A DNA stretch of 49,331 nucleotides from Nanobdellota archaeon (GTDB taxonomy: Archaea > Nanobdellota > Nanobdellia > Parvarchaeales > Parvarchaeaceae), in NCBI GenBank assembly GCA_021850635.1, contig JAJZLM010000010.1, positions 1-49,331 on the forward strand, read 5' to 3'. This document shows positions 26,560-35,348 of the stretch, piece by piece; position 1 is the stretch's first letter; each line of letters begins with the position of its first letter. The notes under the pieces are model-generated. The model saw only the letters and a list, made by a program, of their open reading frames with translations, ran no database searches and was not told the origin of the DNA. A program made the translations under genes and the position numbers.

Positions 26560-27659
26560 TATCTGTCTACCTCTCCCATTACAGGGTCTATGCTTGCTAT
26601 AACCGCGACTATGTCTGCTATTCTGCTACCTACCAAAACTTTCTCTAATGCTTTTAAGGAGAAAAAAGTAGGACTGCGTATTTTTAGTCTGTATGGCATC
26701 ATGCCTCCATCGGTTACCATATGCATGGCCATTTCTCCCTTAGACACTTCATGTCGGACTAATGTATATTTTGCAGGTATCTTAAGGAGCCATGGGACTG
26801 GTTTTTTGTAGGATCCAGCGGGTAATTTCTTCATTGCCTGACGGATTATCTTGATGGATTCGATTATCTCTCTTATCCTTATCAAAAAGCGTGAATAAGC
26901 ATCACCATCTTCCTCCGTGGGAACTTCGAATTCCATCTCCTCATATGCAAGGTAAGGGTCTATTCTTCTGATATCACGTTCTATGCCAGCTGCTCTCATA
27001 TTCGGCCCAGTTATTCCAAGTTGCTTAACAAGTTGTTTATCTATTATTCCAACACTTTTACTCCTCATAATGAACACATTGTTTTTCTGGAAAAGTGTAG
27101 CGTACTCATTTTTTACCTTTTTTTCTATCCTGTCTAGAACTGGAGACAGCATATAAGAGAAGTTCTCTGGCAAGTCATAAAACGTACCGCCGTTGCATAT
27201 GTACATAGGAGCTAGTCTGCCGCCGCTAATAGCTTCGACTACGGTCATGAGCTCCTCTCGCTCTCTGAACGCCCATATAAATCCTGTGTAGTTCCCTACG
27301 TCCATACCGAAAGAACCCACGAACACTAAGTGGCTCATAATCCTCTGGATTTCCGCCATTATAGTTCTTATGTAGACCGCACGTGGTGGTATCTCTATAC
27401 CTGCGGCTTTCTCCACTACCGATGCGAATAGTATCTCCATCTGTAAGGCCGATACATAATCCAGTTTGTCGACTATAGGATAATAATTCGAAAAGTAGCG
27501 CATCTCTGCCATTTTCTCCTTTCCCCTGTGTAGGAAACCTATTTCTACTTTTATATTGTCTATAGTATCTCCTTCAAGGTCTGCTATTAACTTTAGCACG
27601 CCGTGTGTGGCTGGATGGACAGGACCTATATTTAGTATTACACCTTTCTGTTTTTCCAT
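26559..27659 (-). CDS. nuoD: NADH-quinone oxidoreductase subunit D
   Basis: NIGPVHPATHGVLKL N-terminus and C-terminal DPVMGEVDR. The NiFe-hydrogenase CxxC ligands are absent. Confidence 0.92.
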   Translation of the reverse strand: MEKQKGVILNIGPVHPATHGVLKLIADLEGDTIDNIKVEIGFLHRGKEKMAEMRYFSNYYPIVDKLDYVSALQMEILFASVVEKAAGIEIPPRAVYIRTIMAEIQRIMSHLVFVGSFGMDVGNYTGFIWAFREREELMTVVEAISGGRLAPMYICNGGTFYDLPENFSYMLSPVLDRIEKKVKNEYATLFQKNNVFIMRSKSVGIIDKQLVKQLGITGPNMRAAGIERDIRRIDPYLAYEEMEFEVPTEEDGDAYSRFLIRIREIIESIKIIRQAMKKLPAGSYKKPVPWLLKIPAKYTLVRHEVSKGEMAMHMVTDGGMMPYRLKIRSPTFFSLKALEKVLVGSRIADIVAVIASIDPVMGEVDR

Positions 27660-27660
27660 G

Positions 27661-28131
27661 TTAGAATTTCAGGTCTAAGCCAGTCCAGTTTCTCACGTCG
27701 TCGGTGACCTTAAAGTCTTTTCTTAAAGGATGGCCAGGCCAATCTTCCGGTAGGAGTATCCTTTTTAAGGAAGGATGTCCGTTGAACTTTATCCCAAACA
27801 TATCGTAGGCTTCCCTCTCCTCCCAATCAGCTGACGGAAAAACGCTCGTTATAGAATCTATACTTAAATCATCCTGCATTATGTTTACTCTAAGATTAAG
27901 TATGCTTTTATCTACATAATTAGAGAAAACATAACCAATCTCGAATGTGGGGTTTCTATCCACTACTGTTATTAAAAACACTATATCGTGTATCTTCTTT
28001 ATAAGTTTTGCCGCTTCTTTTAAGAGTTTTTTGTCAGATAAGACAATAACATCTTCTACTCCGTTATCTGATAGTACTGTGACATTGTCCTTAAAACTGT
28101 CTTTCAACGCATCAACTACTTTGCTTGGCAT
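27661..28131 (-). CDS. nuoC: NADH-quinone oxidoreductase subunit C
   Basis: [18 protein letters not shown] signature; 156 aa. Confidence 0.9.
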   Translation of the reverse strand: MPSKVVDALKDSFKDNVTVLSDNGVEDVIVLSDKKLLKEAAKLIKKIHDIVFLITVVDRNPTFEIGYVFSNYVDKSILNLRVNIMQDDLSIDSITSVFPSADWEEREAYDMFGIKFNGHPSLKRILLPEDWPGHPLRKDFKVTDDVRNWTGLDLKF

Positions 28132-28651
28132 ACCTTTTTATCTCGTTCTGCTGTATAAGTTTTCTTAGGACTCTTACTGCATCCTGGAATTGCTCAGGCC
28201 TAGGTGGGCATCCTGGTATATACACGTCAACAGGCATTATCCTGTCTATACCTGCTATAGTATTGTAACTATCATGGTACAGTCCGCCGCTTATATTGCA
28301 CGCACCTACTGCTATCACGTACTTTGGAGATGGCATTTGTTCATACACGTTCAATAGCCTTCTGGCCATCTTTTTAGTTATAGTGCCACTAACCAATATA
28401 AGGTCAGACTGTCTTGGGGAGTCCCCTACGAAAAGAACTCCCATTCTATCAGCATCCACTTTAGTGGCTCCGAATGTCATCATCTCTATTGCACAGCACG
28501 AAGTACCGAAAGTTACAGGCCATAGCGACCATCCTCTTGACCAGTTCAGCACAGTATCTATAAATTTTTCGGCCTTCATGAACACTATATCGCCTAATCC
28601 AGAATAGGAAAATTCTCCTGCAGAGTTCTCTTTGTTGTCTAGAGGGTTCAT
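28112..28651 (-). CDS. nuoB: NADH-quinone oxidoreductase subunit B
   Basis: [19 protein letters not shown] and PGCPPRPE cluster-N2 ligand motifs. Confidence 0.93.
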   Translation of the reverse strand: MNPLDNKENSAGEFSYSGLGDIVFMKAEKFIDTVLNWSRGWSLWPVTFGTSCCAIEMMTFGATKVDADRMGVLFVGDSPRQSDLILVSGTITKKMARRLLNVYEQMPSPKYVIAVGACNISGGLYHDSYNTIAGIDRIMPVDVYIPGCPPRPEQFQDAVRVLRKLIQQNEIKRYAKQSS

Positions 28652-29016
28652 TGCATGCCCTCCATGAGTACGTTTTGGGTCTTGAATATGTATTTTATGA
28701 ACAGAAACAGATAGAGCATGGCTATCGCAACTCCTATGAACACGTACACCCCATCGGCCCTAATCGAATCCGCCCACAGGAATAGAGGTACGAATAGGGC
28801 TTCTAATACAACGAAAAGCATAGCGTAAAAGTAGTACTGAAAACCCAATCTCCTCGCCACCGTTAAAGGTTTTTCCGCACTTTCGATTGCAGTTTTCCCC
28901 ATGCCAATGGGTTTTACCTTTGGACTCAAAATATTCTCAACGACCAATCCGAAAATGAATGCTAGCGTACCGGCAGCTAAAAGGAACGCGAGTATCAAAA
29001 ATGCATTTATTTCCAT
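28648..29016 (-). CDS. nuoA: NADH-quinone oxidoreductase subunit A
   Basis: 122-aa three-TM protein at the head of the nuo operon, ATGA-coupled to nuoB. Contains the FVVLEALFVPLFLWA block typical of NuoA/ND3. Confidence 0.8.
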   Translation of the reverse strand: MEINAFLILAFLLAAGTLAFIFGLVVENILSPKVKPIGMGKTAIESAEKPLTVARRLGFQYYFYAMLFVVLEALFVPLFLWADSIRADGVYVFIGVAIAMLYLFLFIKYIFKTQNVLMEGMQ

Positions 29017-29138
29017 GGTAGCAACCTATACAGACAATAACAACGTGATAAAATTTAAACGTTCAATTCTATATAATGGAAAGAACGTCGCTAAACTACC
29101 GCGGAAACGGTTAAATTTCTGCTTCGGTATAATTTAGA

Positions 29139-30269
29139 ATGCAAAATGGAATACTAGTGCTGTCTTTGATGGCTATCGTAGCCATGCTTCTTGCTTTAGG
29201 AGGTGCACATTCAACCTCTGTAAACGCGTACTTCAATGTAATGAACGTATCCGTTGGCATAAATCAGAACGTTTTCTTTAACTTTTCTGGAGATTTTCCT
29301 CAAAGTACATCGTATACCATTTATCTCGGCAACGTTTCTGTACTGTCTGGGACCATACCTGCGAACAGTGCGCAGACCTACATAGCCAAATACAACGTGA
29401 CCAATACTATGTACGGCAGTTACCCCTCACATATTGTGTTCTCTGCGCTAGTGTCCCCTTTAATGTCCAACTCCAATGTTTTTATACTTCCTACTCCGAA
29501 TTTCGGATTCGCAAGCCATTCAGATTACACTTACGCCTTTAACAGGTCCAAAGTTATAAACAACGTAACAGCTACTGTTCTGCAGGCTAATCTAGTCCTG
29601 GATCTTATCAATACTGGTAATACCCCCTTGAACATAACGTGGAGCCTGCCCTCGGTTAAAGATGTCCTTTTCTCACTGGATTATATCGAGTCTTTTGGGA
29701 TAGAACCCGGGGGCTCATTCAAAATACCTGTCAATATGACATTACAGTCGCGTTCTAGCACAGTCGTTAACTTCTCGTTCTCGGCCGATTTCGGGTCACA
29801 GTACATTACGAGAGATTACACGACTACTCTAATTTCCCCTATAATAAACATGACGTTTTTCAACGCGACTTTAAAGCAGATAAACTCAAACGAAAGTCTT
29901 TTCACGGTCATGCTTATAAATCATAACAATGTACCGATAAATTTAACGCTGTCTTTCGTGCTCGATGTAAATGGAGGAGATGTGTTCTACAATGTATCTA
30001 AAGTAGTGTCAACATCCACTATGTCCTTTTCGGCTGTAATACCGAATAGCAGGCTAGTAAGCGTTGCCGCTTTTTATCCTTCGCAGAACGGAACGATCTT
30101 ATCCTCGAATATATACTCTAATCCAGTACCCTCTACACCTCAGTCCCTACTCAGTGTGCTGGCAGAATACAGTTATGTGATTGTCCTCGTAATCGCGATA
30201 GTTATACTTGTATTAATACACATCAGGTCGATGAGAAAAGGAGGGGTAAAGAATGATAAAAAAATCTGA
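29139..30269 (+). CDS. Type-I membrane/surface glycoprotein, hypothetical
   Basis: Signal-peptide-like N-terminus (LVLSLMAIVAMLLALGGAHS), about 15 N-x-S/T sequons, and a C-terminal TM plus basic tail (VIVLVIAIVILVLIHIRSMRKGG). TATA (ttaaattt, 29111-29118) lies 25 nt upstream. Confidence 0.6.
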   Translation: MQNGILVLSLMAIVAMLLALGGAHSTSVNAYFNVMNVSVGINQNVFFNFSGDFPQSTSYTIYLGNVSVLSGTIPANSAQTYIAKYNVTNTMYGSYPSHIVFSALVSPLMSNSNVFILPTPNFGFASHSDYTYAFNRSKVINNVTATVLQANLVLDLINTGNTPLNITWSLPSVKDVLFSLDYIESFGIEPGGSFKIPVNMTLQSRSSTVVNFSFSADFGSQYITRDYTTTLISPIINMTFFNATLKQINSNESLFTVMLINHNNVPINLTLSFVLDVNGGDVFYNVSKVVSTSTMSFSAVIPNSRLVSVAAFYPSQNGTILSSNIYSNPVPSTPQSLLSVLAEYSYVIVLVIAIVILVLIHIRSMRKGGVKNDKKI

Positions 30270-30270
30270 G

Positions 30271-30975
30271 ATGGACCACCTAGCTCACCACATAATCAGC
30301 AGATTTGGCTTAGGAAATTTGAAAATTACAGACTATATATATTATCTTTTATTTATGTCCGTGCCTTTGGCTACAGCAGCTGTTCTCATCTATGCCGGGC
30401 CTGTGTGGCTTTACATTGTCATGGCAGTGGTATCTGCAGCTGTAGTATTCTTAGTCCGATCAATTGTAGCCGCCGTATTTGAAATCAGACTAAGTTATAA
30501 ACCGTGGTTTACAGGATTGATATTTTCGTTCATAGCTACTATTATCGTGTCAGTAATAGCAGGGGTAGCCGTGCCGATTCCGGTAATGAATGTGTCGGAA
30601 TATAAACGCGCAAACACGCTCAGAGGATTAAAGCGTGGAGAAATAAAAAACAAGGATAAATGGGAAACGTCTCTGTTTTCTTTCATAGCAATACTGGCGT
30701 TCGCGCAGCTCTTCATATCACTTGGAGGCAAGTCCACACAACCACTGTTCTATTCGGGCATACTTCTTATATTGTACGTTTTAGTCGACATACTTCCTCT
30801 GCATAGATTCAACGGGTCTTTCATGGCATACCACAATACTATATTGTACTTTATTGAATCAGGCTTCATCACATTGATGTTAGTGTTATCATACATAAGC
30901 GCAGCATCGAGTCTCGTGTTATTCATAATTTTCGTTCTCGCTAATCTAACAGCGTACAAGATAAAGCTGTGGTAA
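30271..30975 (+). CDS. Polytopic membrane protein, M50/site-2-protease-like with degenerate active-site motifs
   Basis: DILPLHRFNGS resembles the M50 NxxPxxxLDG motif, and VRSIVAAVFEIRLSYKPWFTGL sits where HExxH...W..GL is expected. There is no HExxH anywhere. The ATG at 30271 follows the upstream stop by 1 nt; the tracked ORF starts at 30253. Confidence 0.35.
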   Translation: MDHLAHHIISRFGLGNLKITDYIYYLLFMSVPLATAAVLIYAGPVWLYIVMAVVSAAVVFLVRSIVAAVFEIRLSYKPWFTGLIFSFIATIIVSVIAGVAVPIPVMNVSEYKRANTLRGLKRGEIKNKDKWETSLFSFIAILAFAQLFISLGGKSTQPLFYSGILLILYVLVDILPLHRFNGSFMAYHNTILYFIESGFITLMLVLSYISAASSLVLFIIFVLANLTAYKIKLW

Positions 30976-31059
30976 CGTAGTGATTTTTGCGTATCATTAG
31001 ACACTTGTAACTTTATAACCTCGTTATATATTTAAATAATGCTGTGTCTATAATAACGT

Positions 31060-31419
31060 ATGACACAAGTCTTTTGCAAGACCACACTTAACGAGATAAT
31101 GCCCGCAGTAAGGGCGGCAATATCGTTGAAGATGGTAAAATTTGGTTTTACACAGATCGAAATTTCAAAGAAATTAGGGATAACGCAGCCTGCGATATCC
31201 CAATACAAGAAGAAGATAAGGGGAGACATGCTGGGCACACTTTCCAACAACAGCACGATGGGCTCTTATTTAGACGGAATAGTGGAAGAAATTGCTAAGA
31301 ACGGAATAGATCTCAACACAAAGACATGTGATATCTGTCAAAAAATAAGGAGCGCGGGCATCGTGAAGGTGGACAAAAGCGAGTTTCTTTGTTTAGCCGA
31401 CATAAAATCCCTAAAATAG
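31060..31419 (+). CDS. Small HTH transcriptional regulator with four Cys, upstream of sufCBD
   Basis: HTH-like FTQIEISKKLGITQPAISQY. Cys at residues 6, 90, 93 (CDIC) and 111. TATA (tttaaata, 31031-31038) lies 26 nt upstream. 13 nt from sufC. Confidence 0.5.
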   Translation: MTQVFCKTTLNEIMPAVRAAISLKMVKFGFTQIEISKKLGITQPAISQYKKKIRGDMLGTLSNNSTMGSYLDGIVEEIAKNGIDLNTKTCDICQKIRSAGIVKVDKSEFLCLADIKSLK

Positions 31420-31420
31420 A

Positions 31421-31425
31421 GGAGG
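31421..31425 (+). promoter_or_regulatory. Shine-Dalgarno site for sufC
   Basis: GGAGG lies 7 nt upstream of the ATG at 31433. Confidence 0.6.
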
Positions 31426-31432
31426 GGTTTCT

Positions 31433-32152
31433 ATGCTAGAGATAGAGGACCTGCAGGTGAATGCAGGCGAAAAACAAATAATACACGACATAAATATAAC
31501 GGTCGAGAGCGGTAAGATAGTAGTTCTTATGGGCCCTAACGGAAGCGGTAAGAGTACGCTTTGCAAAAGCATCATGGGGGATCCATCTTACCATATAACA
31601 AAGGGTAGGGTGAAACTAGATGGAGAAGATATTACTTCTATAACTACCTATGAAAAAGCTAAGCACGGTCTTTTCATGGTGTTTCAGGAACCGGAGGAGA
31701 TAGACGGACTGTCAGCTCTGAGGTTCATGCGTTCAGCATATCTAAAATTAACAAATAAGAAGGGAGATGATTTTCTAAAAAGATTAGAGGAAGCGAAGAA
31801 GATGGTACAGATAAAGGAAGATTTGTTGGCTAACAGCCTTAATACAACCGCGTCTGGAGGGGAGAAAAAGAAACTTGAGATACTCCAGATGATTATTTTT
31901 GGTCCAAAATACGCTCTTATAGATGAATTTGATTCAGGTTTGGACGTAGATAGCATAAAAAAGATATCTAAAATTATAAATGAATTGGGAATAGGATCAC
32001 TAGTAGTCACCCATAACCCAGCCGTGCTTAATCACTTGAATGTAGACACCGTTCACATAATAAATAATGGCGGTATAGTTGCATCTGGAGGGCCAGAATT
32101 AGCCAATAGAATAGAAAAGGAAGGATTCGCATGGGCGCAGAAGAAAAGCTGA
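31433..32152 (+). CDS. sufC: Fe-S cluster assembly ATPase SufC
   Basis: Walker A GPNGSGKST, ABC signature SGGEKKK, Walker B ALIDEFDSGLD. Followed by sufB and sufD. Confidence 0.92.
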   Translation: MLEIEDLQVNAGEKQIIHDINITVESGKIVVLMGPNGSGKSTLCKSIMGDPSYHITKGRVKLDGEDITSITTYEKAKHGLFMVFQEPEEIDGLSALRFMRSAYLKLTNKKGDDFLKRLEEAKKMVQIKEDLLANSLNTTASGGEKKKLEILQMIIFGPKYALIDEFDSGLDVDSIKKISKIINELGIGSLVVTHNPAVLNHLNVDTVHIINNGGIVASGGPELANRIEKEGFAWAQKKS

Positions 32153-33567
32153 AACAGCTAGAAGGGGTGGGTAAGGACTATAAATACGGCTTTACCACTG
32201 ACACAAAATACAAGTATGATTTTGGTGAAGGTATAAGCGAAGAATTGGTTAAGAAAATTTCAGAAATAAAGCAGGAACCTGAATGGATGCTAAACCTTAG
32301 ACTGGATGCTTACAAGGAATTCGTCAGGAGAGCTACGCCTACGTGGGGCTATCCAGATCTTGTCAAGGATATAGATTTTAGCAAGTTCTATTATTATTCC
32401 CCGCCGGATTCTCCTTTTACGAACGACTGGGAGAAAATACCTAAAGAAATAAAGGACACTTACGAAAAACTTGGGGTCCCAGAAGCGGAAAGGAAAATAT
32501 TAGCAGGTTCTCTGAGCGTGTTCGACTCTGACAGTGTCGTAGCTAAATTAAGAAAAGAGTGGGAGGACAAAGGCGTGATATTCACTGATGTAGACACAGC
32601 TTTGAAGAAATATCCAGAGATTGTGAAGAAATATTTCATGAAAGCTGTACCGTTTACTGATAACAAGTTTTCTGCGCTTCATGGCGCAGTGTGGAGCGGC
32701 GGAAGTTTTATATATATCCCACCGGGCGTGAAGATAGACACTCCCCTACAGACTTATTTTAGGATGAATAAAAAGAGCGGCGCCCAGTTTGAGCATACTC
32801 TTATAATAGCTGACAAAGAAAGTGAAGTGACCTATGTGGAAGGCTGTTCTTCACCTATATTTGAACCGGATAACAAAGCCCTTCATGCGGCGGTGGTGGA
32901 AGTATTCGTGGAGGAGAATGCAAGAGTAAAATTCATCTCCGCCGAGAATTGGAGTCGTAACGTTTACAACCTTAATACGAAGAGGGCTATAGTAGGCAAA
33001 AATGCACATATGGAATGGGTGGAAGCTACATTAGGTTCGAAGGTAACTATGTTGTATCCCGCATCTTATCTTCGTGGGGAGGGCGCTAGTAGCTCAAGTC
33101 TTACAATTTCATTCGCACAGCCAGGTACATGGAAGGACAGCGGATCGAAGGTGATAATGTCAGCACCGAATCAGACAGCGAAGATAATCTCCAAGTCCAT
33201 AAGTCTAGGTGGTGGTAACTCGGTATACCGCGGATTGCTTAGGATAAACAGAAATGCCGACAGAGCAAAGGCGTACACACAGTGTGATTCATTGTTACTC
33301 GACGAGAACGCGTCTACTTCGACTTTTCCGCATAATGAAGTCTTAAATTCAGGTGCAAAGGTGTATCATGAAGCAACGGTAGGTAAAATATCCAAAGAAA
33401 AGCTTTTCTATTTGATGTCTAGAGGGGTTACAGAAGCTCAGGCACGCTCCTTAATAGTGCTAGGTTTTCTTGACACTGTACTCAAAGAGATACCTCTAGA
33501 ATTTGCAGTAGAGATAAATAGGCTTATAGAAACTGAGATATCAACGTTGCCCGGCGCTACGGGATAA
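32131..33567 (+). CDS. sufB: Fe-S cluster assembly scaffold SufB
   Basis: 478 aa with a KDYKYGF N-terminus and the conserved SufB beta-helix core (HTLIIADKESEVTYVEGC...). Confidence 0.9.
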   Translation: MGAEEKLKQLEGVGKDYKYGFTTDTKYKYDFGEGISEELVKKISEIKQEPEWMLNLRLDAYKEFVRRATPTWGYPDLVKDIDFSKFYYYSPPDSPFTNDWEKIPKEIKDTYEKLGVPEAERKILAGSLSVFDSDSVVAKLRKEWEDKGVIFTDVDTALKKYPEIVKKYFMKAVPFTDNKFSALHGAVWSGGSFIYIPPGVKIDTPLQTYFRMNKKSGAQFEHTLIIADKESEVTYVEGCSSPIFEPDNKALHAAVVEVFVEENARVKFISAENWSRNVYNLNTKRAIVGKNAHMEWVEATLGSKVTMLYPASYLRGEGASSSSLTISFAQPGTWKDSGSKVIMSAPNQTAKIISKSISLGGGNSVYRGLLRINRNADRAKAYTQCDSLLLDENASTSTFPHNEVLNSGAKVYHEATVGKISKEKLFYLMSRGVTEAQARSLIVLGFLDTVLKEIPLEFAVEINRLIETEISTLPGATG

Positions 33568-33574
33568 ACTAAGT

Positions 33575-34528
33575 ATGGCATCTATAGCAGAGCTAGCAAA
33601 AGAGAAGGGCATCAATCTTTATTCAAAAAAAGAATGGAAGGACTCGCCAACTACTCCGAGATATACTGATTTTTCTAAGTTAGACCTGAAAAAAGTGGAG
33701 GCATCAAAGGCTATAACTGTTACTGGACTGGACACTGCAACAAAATATGATGGTTTGTTTGAAGAGGAAGATCCTATGATACGGATAAACCATGAATTGC
33801 ATAATTTTTCTAGTAATCTAAGCATTTCTGGTGACAAGAAAATTGTTTTTTCACATAATTCTTCGGTGATTGGTAGTATAATAATAAATATGGAGAAAGA
33901 CTCTAACGTGTCGATAGACCTCGGAAAATATGACTTATTTAACATACTATTAAAAATAATTACCGCACCTGGATCTAAAAATAGACTTGAATTGAAGTCG
34001 GAAAATAGTGGCGTTACATACATCAGGATAGGGCACGTTCTAGCTGAAGGCTCCGAATTGGAACTCGTAAACAGTCACATAAAGGATTCATTTCTTTTTT
34101 TAAAATCATACAGTGAATTAAGCGAGAAATCTTCCCTAATGTCTAGGATAAACGTATACGCGGACAACGGCGCACATTATGACTGCGTACAGGATGTCAT
34201 ACACATTGGTAGGGAGAGCAACTCGCATATAATAGGTAGAGGAGTTATAGACGGTCCGTCTGTTTTAATATTCAGAGGCATTCTAAAAATGAGCAAAGAG
34301 AAATGTAGCGGTAACTTCGAAACTAAGACCCTTAACATAAGCAAAGGTGATGCGTTTACAGATTCGGTGCCTACACTGGATATCTCTTCGAATAACGTTT
34401 CCGCGAAACATTCTTCATCTATAGAGAACATAGACAAAGAGCAGCTTTTTTATCTTACTTCTAGGGGGTTCGATGAAAAAGAAGCTTCTAAATTGATAAT
34501 CTCTTCGATTCTCGCCTTGGATATATAG
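33575..34528 (+). CDS. sufD: Fe-S cluster assembly protein SufD (short archaeal form)
   Basis: Position after sufB. The C-terminal block EQLFYLTSRGFDEKEASKLII parallels the SufB EKLFYLMSRGVTEAQARSLIV. Confidence 0.75.
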   Translation: MASIAELAKEKGINLYSKKEWKDSPTTPRYTDFSKLDLKKVEASKAITVTGLDTATKYDGLFEEEDPMIRINHELHNFSSNLSISGDKKIVFSHNSSVIGSIIINMEKDSNVSIDLGKYDLFNILLKIITAPGSKNRLELKSENSGVTYIRIGHVLAEGSELELVNSHIKDSFLFLKSYSELSEKSSLMSRINVYADNGAHYDCVQDVIHIGRESNSHIIGRGVIDGPSVLIFRGILKMSKEKCSGNFETKTLNISKGDAFTDSVPTLDISSNNVSAKHSSSIENIDKEQLFYLTSRGFDEKEASKLIISSILALDI

Positions 34529-34532
34529 TCTA

Positions 34533-34537
34533 TTTTT
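34533..34537 (+). terminator. Oligo-T tract after sufD
   Basis: TTTTT lies 5 nt after the sufD stop, followed by a tagtag...ctacta inverted repeat. Confidence 0.35.
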
Positions 34538-34685
34538 CTTCATAAAACTGATTGTAGGGGTTCTCAACTTCAACAGCGCCTAAGCTAAGTATAAAATTTC
34601 TAGTAGGACCTAAGCTACTAGCTTCTATGTCTATAATAATCATCGCGTGCGATTTGTATTTAAACATTTGAAGTTTAATTATTTG

Positions 34686-35345
34686 ATGGCGATAATATTC
34701 GACTTAGATGGCACTCTCATAGACAGCACACTATTGCACATGACTGCGTTGAAGAACGCTATAAAAAGCGTAGTGGGTAGCAGGGCCGTTTCACAGAAGT
34801 TCATTTCTAGAGTAGTTAGGTACCCTCTAAAAGTAACATTTAGCATGATGCGTAGCGAGTATGGGTCGTCTTTGATATCGCTAAAGAACGAGATGGAGAT
34901 AAAGGAAAAAAAGGCCGAATTCTTTAATGATAAAAACCTTAAGAAGATCAAGTTTTTCAAGGGAGCTACGGCATTGCCAAAGCTTCTTACAGACATAGGT
35001 ATAAAATTCTGTATAGTCACGTCTATGAGTCCAGAAGAACTCAATAAATTTGATAAAGTGTTACACTTAGAGAAGATATCGAATATTATAATCACCCCAC
35101 CGAATATCCACTACGAAAAGCCGAATCCTTACACATTAAAGAGGGCAATCAAGCTGTTAAAAGCTAACAGAAAAAAGACTTTTTACGTCGGAGACAGCCC
35201 ATACGACGGGATAGCCTCGAAAAGAGCTGGGATAGGCTTTATAGGGGTACATAATCGCGAGGAACTCGGCAGAGGAGAGTTCTACAATAGTATACCAAAA
35301 CTAATAGACGAGATAAAGAGGAACCCATCGCGTTTTAAGGATTGA
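34686..35345 (+). CDS. HAD-superfamily hydrolase (phosphatase)
   Basis: Motif I IIFDLDGTLIDS at the N-terminus from the ATG at 34686, and motif IV GDSPYDG. TATA (tatttaaa, 34657-34664) lies downstream of the tracked start at 34647. Confidence 0.8.
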   Translation: MAIIFDLDGTLIDSTLLHMTALKNAIKSVVGSRAVSQKFISRVVRYPLKVTFSMMRSEYGSSLISLKNEMEIKEKKAEFFNDKNLKKIKFFKGATALPKLLTDIGIKFCIVTSMSPEELNKFDKVLHLEKISNIIITPPNIHYEKPNPYTLKRAIKLLKANRKKTFYVGDSPYDGIASKRAGIGFIGVHNREELGRGEFYNSIPKLIDEIKRNPSRFKD

Positions 35346-35348
35346 ATT

